From IMG/VR virus record IMGVR_UViG_3300025872_000053, positions 1 to 64,000 of that record: a stretch of 64,000 nt of DNA; one strand, 5' to 3'. Below, one piece after another: positions 50,901-59,800 of this stretch. This DNA comes from a virus. A program made the translations under genes and the position numbers. Position 1 is the first letter of the stretch, and every line of letters starts with the position of its first letter. The notes under the pieces are model-generated. The model saw nothing but the letters and a program-made list of their open reading frames with translations, had not been told where the DNA came from and made no database searches.

Positions 50901-53900
50901 TTTGATGACAATGCTCAAGTGAACATTAATGACGAGAATTATAACAACCGTCTATATGCTCCAGAGGCATTCTCTGTAGATTTCAAGAAACAATCTCCTT
51001 ATCCAGTGAAGCTTTTGTTGGGAACACTAACAGAAGCAGTTGCTACAAACCAAGAGAATTCTAATGGCTTGGAACTTCCAAAGCTAAAGAACTCAAGTAT
51101 AATAGGATTGAAGCTATTGAACTTTAGCAGAGCGTTTGTAACTGTACTTGATAAACTTTCTAACACAACAAAGGTTGGAAAGATGATTGATAAGCTAGTT
51201 GACCTAGCTAAATACGACAGTAACTATGTACGTTTGTTCACTCGTCTGAAGGGAACATTGAAAGATAATGAAGGTAATGCAATAATTGATTTCTCTAAGT
51301 TTGAACCTCAAGATTGGAGATTGTTCATTAACTTCTATCAAACTTTCACCAAACAGAAACCAGAAGCTTTGATTCAGTATTTGGATGGAGGAGAAGTGTA
51401 TACAGCTCCTGCTAATTTATTCACTGTAATTAAGCAAACTCAAAAGGGTTGGACAGAGAACATGAAGGCTCTTTCAAAAGATCCTAGTTCTTTAATCACT
51501 TACAATAGTACAGATAAGGTTTATAAAGTTAAAGATCTTAAGGATGTTCCTGTAACATCTCCTCAAGAGATGGTTGAGTTTTTGTCAAGAATAGGTATTG
51601 ATTTTCCAATTGATGTGTTCTTGAAGCTAAGAGAAAAGCAGCAGAAAGAATTTATTACAGCTGTAGGCTCACTTCATACATATCTTCAGAAGGTAGATGA
51701 GGTGATGAGTGTGAAAGGAGAAACTTTAAATGTAGGTGGTCAGTTAGTTAAACTTGCAGAACTATATGTAAGAGTGACCAATCCTTCTCATGAAAACACT
51801 TATAGAAACGTAGAGGACAAACAAACAAATGCATTTGCTGACAGTAATGCTCCATCTGTATTTGAAAGTGAGTTCAATGATGCTAATACATTAGATGAAC
51901 TTCTTGAAGCTAGACCAGAACTTAAAGATGTATTCTCTAAGAACAGCGTGGTTCTTAAGAAGGGAGGATTATTCTTTGATAAAAACGGAAAGAGAATAAA
52001 GTCAGTTAAGGTTAAATACATCCAGGGTGTAAGAGATAATGATAACAAAAAAGGAACTTCTACAGACAGACTTGGTTTAAACACCAGATCTATGTTGGAA
52101 ATTAACCAAAACCTTAATGGTGATTACTATGTTCTTATTCCTGCAGATAGCTCTACAGAGTGGATGATGAACTTGGGTAATGTTGTATCATTTGAAGATA
52201 TTGAATCTGGTGATGCATGGCCTACAATCTACAGCATATTCAGAGGTTATCTAGAAGATGAGATTGCTTTAGCAAAAGCTGATAGAAGACAACTTAATAA
52301 TGTTGGTAGCAGAGCACAAGAGCTTAGGTTCTTTAAAGATATTCTTCCTATAGGTATTCTTGGCAGAATCAATGATATGATTTTGAACAATGAGTCTAAT
52401 GAAAATATCAATACATACATTGATGAAAACATTTCTGAAATCAATGAGTCTGTTAAGAATCTGATTTCTGAACAAGCAAACGAAGTTAATCTCAATCCTT
52501 CTCAGCTAGACAGCAACTTCTTAAAGAAAGAGAAGTTAGGTAAAGATCTTTCTCCAAAGGAACTTGAGAGCGTTAAAAACTTCTTGGCTGTAAACTATAT
52601 CATAAACAACATAGAATACCACAAGGTATTGTTTGGTGATCCTTATCAGTTTGAATTAAAGAACGGTAAGCTTGATGAAACTAAACGTATCAAGTCTTTC
52701 CTTTCTCCAAGAAGATTAACTGTAGATTTCCCAGAGCTTAACTCTGCATTGAATGTAGATTATAACAAAGCAGGAAACATTGCTCTTGATCCTGAGGAAC
52801 TAGGATATCACATGTTCAAACCATTTACTAATACAGTTACTCTTAGTGATGTGAAGGTAGTTGGTAGTTTGGCTAACCTTAATCCTGCGTATGCTAAAAC
52901 TAATGAAGCAGATGCTGCTTCTTGGATTGCAGATAATACATACAGAGAGGTTAAGATTAAGAATGGTCAGTGGACTGATGAAGCAGAAGCTTGGCATCAG
53001 CATGAAATGGCTTACACTAGACTTAAGCTTCATGAGAAAGGATTGTATCAATATAAGAACAATCGTCTTAGAGAGCAAGATGCTATTGAAGCTGCTAAAC
53101 CAAGTCCTAAATATGTAACAGAGGTTCTTAAACCTATTGTATCTGGAAACAAATTTAACAAGACAAACTTTGATCTTGTACTAGATAAGTTCTCTCAGAT
53201 GCCTTTATATTATAGCATGGTTGAAGGAACTAACCTTGAGGCTCTTTACATGAAAATGTTTAAAGAGAAGATTGGTTATGTTATTATGGAAAGTGGTAGA
53301 AAGGTTGGTAAAGAAGGAACATATAAGTTGTACAATAATGATGGTACACTTAATCAAAAACCTTTCAACAATCTTGTTCAAGTTCCATGGAAAGCTTATG
53401 GTATACAAGTGGAGAATGCTTTTGAAGGAGCTAAGTCTCAGACTAGAGGTTCTCAGCTTATGAAGATTGCAACACTAGATTTGTTTGATAATGGTAAAGC
53501 TAGTCCAGAAGCAAAAGAACAATACAACAGACACAAGAAAATACAAGATGCTCTTCATAGAAATGGATACATTGAGCTATTGAAGAAGCTTGGGATCAAA
53601 GATCTTGGTGATAGTTATGAGCTTGTTGACAAAGCAAGTGTTTCACAACTTCTTGAGCGTGAGATGCTTAGAAGAGAATTGTCTGACAATGCTAAAGATA
53701 CAGTGAGACTTGATGATAAAGGACAGTTTAGAATTCCTTTTGAAGCATCTAATGCTTATGTACAAATAAGAAACATTCTATTCTCTTTGGTAGACAAGTC
53801 TCTTGTTTCTCCAAAGATGAATGGTAGCTCTCACGTACAGGTTCCTGCTACAGGATGGGAAAGTTCTGCAGAAGGAAGATCTCTTGCTATAAAGAGAGAT

Positions 53901-56852
53901 GATAAGTGGGTTAAGATTAGTAGAGGTGAGTTTGAAAAGCTTTCTGATGAAGAGAAATCAAAGGTGGCTCTTACAGACACATCATTGAAGTTCTATACAA
54001 AGGATGCTCCTTATTCTGAGATTCTTCTTCCACATTGGTTCAAAGAGAAGTTTGCTAATTCTAGATTCTCTACAGACGAGCAGCTTTTGGACTATCTCAA
54101 TAAACCAGAGAATCAATCTATCCTTAGAGGTATTGGTTTCCGTATTCCTACACAGGCTCTTAGTTCTGTAGAAGTATTCAAGGTGAAAGGTTTCCTTCCA
54201 CAATCTATGGGAGCTACAGTGGTTGTTCCTTCTGAAATTACTACCAAGGCAGGATCTGACTTTGATATAGATAAATTGAATATGTATTTAAAGAATACAT
54301 ATGTAACTAAATCAGGTGATATCAAGCAAGTTCCATTCTTTGGAATTGGTGAAGAGGGAATGAATAAAGCAAAAGAGTTTATCAAAGCTCAAGACTTGAC
54401 TGGTGATAACGGTCAAAGAACTGAAGAGGCTCTTGAGGATGATATCAATACACTAGCAGAGAGACTATACAAACAATCTCTTGAGAACGAATACTATGAA
54501 TCTTTGGAAGCTATTATTACACTTCCTGAGAACTTTGAAAGACTTATCACTCCTGTAAGTGATGGTGGTTTGAAGAAGATTGCTGACAAGCTTGATGATC
54601 TTAGAAATGAAAAAGAAGAGAACATCAAGAATAAACTTATCAGTAGAAAGTTCATGGATTCAGTGAGACATGCTTTTGTTACTGGTAAGAAGTGGGTAGG
54701 TATTGCTGCTGTAAATATTACAGGTCAATCTCTTACACAGAAATCAGAAGTGTATATTGATCCTACAAAGTTTGCAGCTGCAGGTGGAAAAGATATGTTC
54801 TTCTTAGGAGATGGTAAAGTTGCTCTTCCTCATAACACTGTAAAGATAAACGGTGAGGAAAGAATATCTATCTCTGGTGTATATGATTATACAGGTAAGA
54901 AACTTATCTCTGATGGTCTATCTGGATATGCTACATCTTTTGTGGACGTTGCTAAAGATCCATACATACTTAAGGTTATTCAAAGTGATCTTGCTGTAGG
55001 TACATTTATGTTCTTACAAAGGATTGGAGTTCCTATTGAGACAGCAGCAATGTTCATGAATCAGCCTATCATCTCTGAGTATTTAAAGATGCTTGATGAT
55101 AGAGGAACTAAAAATTTATTTACAAAAGGTGCTATATTAGATATACAAGATAGGTTTGTAACAACAGGACGTGGTATCGAATTTGCAGAAATAAGTTTAG
55201 GTACATTAGAAGATAATATTAGTGAATACTATTCTGGAAAAGAACTTAGTCCAGCAAAGAATGCAGAACAACATAAGATATTCTTTGAGTTCTTGAAGTA
55301 TGCTAAGATGGCTGAGTTTAGCTTCAAGCTTACACAGGCATCTAACTATGACACTACTAAGTTTAAGAGTGGTGATACATTATTCAAGAAACAAACAAGA
55401 ACTGATGTTGCTAGAGAGGTGAATATATTCTCTTCTGTAGATAAGATTCTTGACAACAACTTTATTGGTGAACAAGCTAATCTTTTAGACAAAGCTGCTG
55501 AATCACTTGGTGAGATTCTTAAGCTTGACAAAGATCAGTTTACAATCATAACTAACTCAGTGTTAAAGAGTTATGCTGAGAACGAATACCTATCTGCTGA
55601 TAAGTATGAAAAGATAGCAAACAAACTCAAAGCGTCATTCCTTGATTACATTATTCAAATCAAGAGCGGAATCAACACTGAGATTAAAGATCTATTGGTA
55701 GAAAAAGGAACTTCTGTAGCAGACAAACTTGCTCTTGCTAAGAAGAATCATCCTGAGGTTACTATTCTGAAGGATCTTCAGATAGAAGGTTCTGATAGAG
55801 TGGATGGTGCAAAGAGTATTAAGCTTGCTGCAAACATTAAAGAAGCTTATGACGAGAACTACTATACAGGATTAATGAGAGAGATGAGAGATAATCCTGC
55901 CACTAGAGATTTGTATTATGATATTGTGGTGTTGGCAATGTTGCAAGGAACATACCAGTCTGCCATCTCTATAAAGAACATTATTCCTATTGAAGACTTC
56001 AGTGAGAACATTGCTCCTATCATATCAACCTTGATAGCAGACACAGATGTACAAGCTTTCTCTGAAGGATGGTTCCAAAGAAACAACTGGAAGGATAATG
56101 ATGTATGGAAGACTGTTAGTCCTAGATTCTTTCCTGCAGGAGAAGATGCTCCTATAGGAGAAGATCAGTATGGTAACGATATATATCAGTATGTTTCCAC
56201 TGCATACTTCCCTAATATTACAGAAGGACTTGGAATTAAATCTGTTGATAGAAAGATTCTTGCACTAAGTGATGCATTTAATTCTTTTGATATAAATGCT
56301 GACTTTGTTCTTGTTCCTAGAGTGATTGATCAGAACGGTGAGCAAATTGATATGAAGACAGGACAAACAATCACACCATCAATGTTTGCTCAAAGAAAAG
56401 CAAAAGGTGATCTTTCTCTGAAAGAAGTGTATGGATATAAAAAGGTTAAGTTTAAAAATGGTCAACCATTAACTTATACAGAAATGTATAAGGGTGAGCC
56501 TATAACAAAATATGTGTATAAGCTCATCAACTTATATGGTGATGGAGCTCTTGCTTCTGAATACTATCTAGACTTCCAACCATCTGTTCTTGATAATGGT
56601 ACAGTGAAGATAGCTAATGAGATTCCTGATGCAGACATTCTTAATTACTTTGCTCCAAAACAAGCTGCTGAGGAATTAGCTGTTGCAAACCTTGACGCTT
56701 TAGAAGAGTTTAGTGATGAAAGAAAACAAGAAATTATAACTAACTTTGCTGCAAAACATAAGATGACAGAGGAGCAAGCTAAGGAATATATCAACCAAGC
56801 TCTTCAGAAGGATAAAGAAAACACAATAGCTAAACTTAAAGAATGTTATTAA
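44943..56852 (+). CDS. giant protein (3969 aa) with multisubunit-RNAP beta-prime-like catalytic segment; candidate virion RNA polymerase
   Basis: aa ~3066-3117 'FRIPTQALSSVEVFKVKGFLPQSMGATVVVPSEITTKAGSDFDIDKLNMYL' vs RPB1/beta-prime 'NRQPSLHKMS...YNADFDGDEMNMHVP' (R.P(S/T)...DFDxDx(M/L)NM(H/Y)); DFDID at nt 54258..54272; N-terminal P-loop-like 'GNPSSGKTG'; Gly/Ala-rich hydrophobic segment near N-term. Confidence 0.55.
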   Translation: MAIFDNELIDNVSNRTPESPKQLLPSPTVRDVDVSLGGFEVYGNPSSGKTGLSIDQLSEFSGVRTNQSSFSSPVQMVPRSELLANQRYSNYQRGVDLENVYGLSQSWYDQLGNGIIKMGGLGVGTFLQSFATIPNTMAAVKNGKLSDLSGGTDGYEAAIDNWTKNLEDIFPNYYTREEQKHPYLAMLPFAPGSANFWGDKVIKNLGFTAGAIGGAVAQDAAIGLVTEGVGAVPLISAQLGKAALFLNKIFTGTNNVEKALDIAKASGVAADTILDVKKLGDIAAYTKVADGFRYGMALYGSARTEAAIEARDSYRTVREDLLKQYKIENAGVDPTGEDAEQIEDYATSAMNTRFGINMALLTASNAIQFGNLFKSFTSANKAVSGQLTRELEDIGKIGLKEGSKDVFEAKVATGLKDRIWESVRPKMANILVEGVYEEGGQYAAEKGVYDYYTRKYKNLSNPKNKENWDTVNETISSTLTGLKNQFGTSEGLENMMVGAISALITGGIMGRVDAAKGQGKEARLQSSVNLLNQYGLTGILSNQYDNTLSSAAIAKEMDEAAKTGDIFKYKNLKNDMFFNFVQSRIPSGMHDVTIEQLRMLKDLDKTEFEKSFGMDFNSSNKSTVNEYVDSLINEANQIKKISDSIDFTFKNPFKKIDNPTTEEQAGETMNFMLFNQWKTELTYLAAKVPHVNNRLSSVQESVSNLAPAVTNDLLAQLTNKELLKDLSASYEERANQLNKTITDFTSPQDRKSIKDQVKALRTASERINLGLKDGVDNKLFDYLLNFELNNQDPKADRQVGPEKSVDLFNYGHDINRLNALKDRVVDLYDNLTSEEGFNKFMEQGEELRSGAVPEEETKEEVVEVKEGPKFTNKAGVKETFEEGREYEIPVSKKARVRKVGADRFKVTLPDGTATFYPTREEAVAAAAEVNEEFGNLQKVKVLGINDDGTVKVEDINGDIYNLDPSKFDGYEKIMSAQEKLMKDKSDIEAEQAELEKSSGSIGTDTLDNDIKKIVIEDPKKDANILYTSDTGASEDWEAGNLKAYSIRRIEFLNNVKLMSNRGRLKVILVTPKQKIPGLENLPSLAFEGLGVTEDQFSDPTVGLVAAIYVEQDGNDYYYVNVAGRRLAKVGEPVDIESIVFGTMPTASLTWSNGKPRYRSSQKTEAEEMSKRWQAKRDELFNAPEGTFQAYSFSVSKGIPEVNDYYDVNAVGDNLIPENMIPTQEGLIQISTTGFVAHQGENVSIPAGRPALQFGETLMFLNNRKFTKQEAETIFELLNRISNEIKDQSDANEKIKINKKIARFLQNVLYWRKSPSTKGNQLYIDTDGMNLFFGGKAYDLTNLEASRDELIAQIQEMYNNVNNETLKAFGEPFTEYYMKDGKVVTNEWTNYQTYLLSSSFPDGSARSEKQIPLSTAVAKPTEAVPYNFKQKYAILQGLDLPVVSVKKEEVKPTEPTPGAPSAVKVGDYVLDGQTKNTYQLTAGPVEFTADIDADDNISVSVESNDVVRNVASNKETMATIIESLKKQERFDAAKDEEQLALDFIALRITADLKKQKSEQAPTTAAVLQPDVSPLAQAQGTARTEPVVTATPVSDIEAKKADIEKRRQEELKSVEPYKAVFDAVKKANVDTDSVESLNKIKQDAIDLKIIDASAGNSFVRSNGSKFTSEENVFVIEPTNKINAKYDAELAALEEKPAAPKNFGGTKPPANSEYRRVGTLGIDRISDAEIELFKIWAADKVPGIPYEVMESILTTHDGEKAWGAFENGVAKFYKSAARGTEYHEIFEGIWKGFLSPEERQAILDEFKSKKGEFKDRQSGKMIAYVDATDQQAKERIADDFADFKVGKLPARSLGERIVKFFRSIIEFVKQFVNKPSRKEELFKAIDTGRFKESVLPESVKNDFSEYRAVEGLNEKQTREFVEDITARAFQIIFRTNTSLFSPEKLTAPQIFDDIKAQYEEEGKLEILGEKAWSELVGKTKDFLRTFKIEFDDNAQVNINDENYNNRLYAPEAFSVDFKKQSPYPVKLLLGTLTEAVATNQENSNGLELPKLKNSSIIGLKLLNFSRAFVTVLDKLSNTTKVGKMIDKLVDLAKYDSNYVRLFTRLKGTLKDNEGNAIIDFSKFEPQDWRLFINFYQTFTKQKPEALIQYLDGGEVYTAPANLFTVIKQTQKGWTENMKALSKDPSSLITYNSTDKVYKVKDLKDVPVTSPQEMVEFLSRIGIDFPIDVFLKLREKQQKEFITAVGSLHTYLQKVDEVMSVKGETLNVGGQLVKLAELYVRVTNPSHENTYRNVEDKQTNAFADSNAPSVFESEFNDANTLDELLEARPELKDVFSKNSVVLKKGGLFFDKNGKRIKSVKVKYIQGVRDNDNKKGTSTDRLGLNTRSMLEINQNLNGDYYVLIPADSSTEWMMNLGNVVSFEDIESGDAWPTIYSIFRGYLEDEIALAKADRRQLNNVGSRAQELRFFKDILPIGILGRINDMILNNESNENINTYIDENISEINESVKNLISEQANEVNLNPSQLDSNFLKKEKLGKDLSPKELESVKNFLAVNYIINNIEYHKVLFGDPYQFELKNGKLDETKRIKSFLSPRRLTVDFPELNSALNVDYNKAGNIALDPEELGYHMFKPFTNTVTLSDVKVVGSLANLNPAYAKTNEADAASWIADNTYREVKIKNGQWTDEAEAWHQHEMAYTRLKLHEKGLYQYKNNRLREQDAIEAAKPSPKYVTEVLKPIVSGNKFNKTNFDLVLDKFSQMPLYYSMVEGTNLEALYMKMFKEKIGYVIMESGRKVGKEGTYKLYNNDGTLNQKPFNNLVQVPWKAYGIQVENAFEGAKSQTRGSQLMKIATLDLFDNGKASPEAKEQYNRHKKIQDALHRNGYIELLKKLGIKDLGDSYELVDKASVSQLLEREMLRRELSDNAKDTVRLDDKGQFRIPFEASNAYVQIRNILFSLVDKSLVSPKMNGSSHVQVPATGWESSAEGRSLAIKRDDKWVKISRGEFEKLSDEEKSKVALTDTSLKFYTKDAPYSEILLPHWFKEKFANSRFSTDEQLLDYLNKPENQSILRGIGFRIPTQALSSVEVFKVKGFLPQSMGATVVVPSEITTKAGSDFDIDKLNMYLKNTYVTKSGDIKQVPFFGIGEEGMNKAKEFIKAQDLTGDNGQRTEEALEDDINTLAERLYKQSLENEYYESLEAIITLPENFERLITPVSDGGLKKIADKLDDLRNEKEENIKNKLISRKFMDSVRHAFVTGKKWVGIAAVNITGQSLTQKSEVYIDPTKFAAAGGKDMFFLGDGKVALPHNTVKINGEERISISGVYDYTGKKLISDGLSGYATSFVDVAKDPYILKVIQSDLAVGTFMFLQRIGVPIETAAMFMNQPIISEYLKMLDDRGTKNLFTKGAILDIQDRFVTTGRGIEFAEISLGTLEDNISEYYSGKELSPAKNAEQHKIFFEFLKYAKMAEFSFKLTQASNYDTTKFKSGDTLFKKQTRTDVAREVNIFSSVDKILDNNFIGEQANLLDKAAESLGEILKLDKDQFTIITNSVLKSYAENEYLSADKYEKIANKLKASFLDYIIQIKSGINTEIKDLLVEKGTSVADKLALAKKNHPEVTILKDLQIEGSDRVDGAKSIKLAANIKEAYDENYYTGLMREMRDNPATRDLYYDIVVLAMLQGTYQSAISIKNIIPIEDFSENIAPIISTLIADTDVQAFSEGWFQRNNWKDNDVWKTVSPRFFPAGEDAPIGEDQYGNDIYQYVSTAYFPNITEGLGIKSVDRKILALSDAFNSFDINADFVLVPRVIDQNGEQIDMKTGQTITPSMFAQRKAKGDLSLKEVYGYKKVKFKNGQPLTYTEMYKGEPITKYVYKLINLYGDGALASEYYLDFQPSVLDNGTVKIANEIPDADILNYFAPKQAAEELAVANLDALEEFSDERKQEIITNFAAKHKMTEEQAKEYINQALQKDKENTIAKLKECY

Positions 56853-56853
56853 C

Positions 56854-59800
56854 ATGGCTTGTATAAATCCAAATAGTCCAGAATTTAAAGCTGCTCTTGA
56901 GAGAACAGGCAATCCTCTATTGGCTGAGATTGAAGTGGATAATGTTTCTCCAAAAACCATGGCATTGATTAAAGATTTTATCAAGCGCATTGGTGTAGAC
57001 ATAAAGTTAGTTAAAGACATTTCTGTAAATGGTATAAAGCAAGATGCTAATGGTGTAGCTCTTATTATGCAGAAGCTTATACAGGTGGTAGAAGGTAAAG
57101 AAGATACAGTACTTCCTGAGGAGGCAATGCACTTTGCTGTTGAGATTATACAGCAGACAGACCCCAAGCTTTTCAATACACTTCTGAAGGAGATTAATGG
57201 TTATAGGATATTACAAGAAGTGATTGATACATATGGAACTGATCCTAACTACCAAACAAAAGATGGTAAGCCTGATATACTAAAGCTTAAGAAAGAAGCT
57301 ATAGCTAAGGTGTTGGCTGAAGTGGTGATTAATAAATCAGAAGGTTTATCTGAGAATGCTAATAACCTTGCTAAGGTGGAGAGCTGGTGGAGAACAATCC
57401 TTGATGCTCTAAAGCGTATATTCCAAAAGTCTGGATTTGACACAGCAGCAATGAAGGTGTTAACTGGAGAAGCTATTGGTACAGTAGATGATATTAGAGC
57501 TGAGGAAGATGCTATATTCCTACAGAAAAGTACATCTCAAGAAGCTGTATATAATAAACTTAAAGACATCCAATCCAAGATTGCTAAAAAGGATGATGGA
57601 TATTACATAGATGGTAAGAAGGTTCCTAGAAGAGTAACTGACTTAGTTAAAGACTGGTACGAAAGAAGATTTAAAGCTAACGATCTTACCAAGTCTGATT
57701 ATCAGAAAGCTGTTGATGATCTCAAAGCTGAGAAAGGTACAGCTGGACATGCTGATATAGAATATGCATTCTCTGTATTTGTAGATGAGGATGGATTCCT
57801 AAGAGATAATCCTTTAGATGATTCTACATACATATCTCAACTCAATCCTTCTAACAGAGACATGTATGACCTCTTAAAAAACAATCTTAAGGATCGTCTT
57901 AATTCTTTTCCTGTAGGAACAAGATTTATGTCTGAGGTGATGGTGTATGATGCTAAACGTGGATTGGCTGGTACAATAGACTTCCTTGCTATCACTCCTG
58001 ATGGAAAGATGAACATCCTTGACTGGAAGTTCATGGATCTTAACGTTGATAAATATGAAGATGTTCCTTGGTATAAAGTGAATGCATGGAGAGAGCAGAT
58101 GGAACAGTACAAACTTATTCTGCAGAACGTTTATGGTGTTAAACCACAAGACTTCCAGCAGACAAGAATGATTCCTATTAAAGCATTCTACTCTCCTGGA
58201 AATGCTAAGCTTGGTGTTCTTCCACAATTGCAGTCAGTTAAAATAGGTGATGTTAATATAAAGAACATCACAGATGACTATCTTATTCCTGTAGGACTTG
58301 AGGGAGAAAGCACAGGAAACAAAAAGATTGATGCTCTTCTAGAAAAACTAAACGCTGTATACAAAAGGATTTCTGAAAAGAAAGCTCTTCCTAGTGAGAA
58401 GTTATCTAAAGCTGAGCAACTTAATTCTTTGTTTACAGCTATACGTCAATTGCAAATGAAGCAAAACTTAAAACCTTTGCTTCGTCAGGCTAATATATTG
58501 AACAAAGAGATTCAGAAAACAATTGATAGATATAAAGAAAACTGGGCTGGTAAAGATCCAAAAGACTTTAAACAATCAGATATTAGTAACTTCTATGAGG
58601 AATTAGAAACAGCAAAGAACTCATTGATTGCTTACACTACACTGAATACAGACCTTAAGTTTTTATTCCAAGGAGAACTTTCTGAGGAAGACAAAGCACT
58701 TAGAGAAGAACTTCGTACTGTAACAGAATCAGCACAAGAACTTGATTCAAACCTTGATGATATATCAGGAGAGTTTGTAAACGATTTTGTTGCTGGATCA
58801 GAAGGAGTTGAGAACTATCTATCTCCTGAGAAAGTTATCAAGGGTATGACCAAGTGGTTTGTTTCTACAACAGGCTTACAGCTCAAGGCATTAGAAACTT
58901 TATATAAGAAAGCAAACAGAGCTTTTGGTTTTGCAGCTATGGACACCATAGATGAAACTAAGAAGCTTGGAACATTGAAAGAAGCTTATGATAAATGGGC
59001 TCAGGCTAAAGGATTAAACAATAAGAACTACTTTGACATTCTTAAAAAGAAGGATAAGAACGAACTTATTGATGAGTTTCAACGTGATTTCTACAGAGAG
59101 CTTAAATCTAAATCTACTGACAAAGACTTTGCTTGGATTAGAGATAACATAGATGCAGCTGAGTACAATAAGTTTTTGAAAGAAAAGCTTCAGGAAGAAC
59201 TTGATAGGATTGATAATAAAGTGAGAGTTGGATCTGAAGAAGATATCAACAGAGAAATATCTAGAGAGAAAGCAAATATTACAAACCTATATAATACATC
59301 TACAGCTGAATCACCTGGTTGGTTTTTGTATGATTTGACAAAGAAGTTCCCTAAGAGAGATAAGTGGGAGTCTGCTGAATGGAAAGAACTTACAAAACCT
59401 GAGAACAAACCTGCATTTGATTTTTACAACTATATCAAAGAAAGGAATGAATATTATCAAGAGATAGGATATATTAGTAAGGCTGAGGCTAGGGTGTTTC
59501 TACCGTTTGTTAGAAAAGGACTAATGGAGAAAATCATCTTTGGTGGTAATGTTACACTTGGTGAACAGTTCCTAAGAGCTATATCTATTGATGAAGGTGA
59601 TATTGGATTTGGTAAAATAGATCCTCTTACAGGTAGATTGATTGATACGATTCCTACATATTTCACAAAAGAGATTGAGGGAGATTTAAGTGAAGACTTG
59701 TTCAGGAATATGGCTCTCTATAATGAGATGGCTATTAGATACAAGTATGTTAGTGATATCGAAGCACAGGCTAGAGCTCTTGTTGCTACAGAAAGAAACA

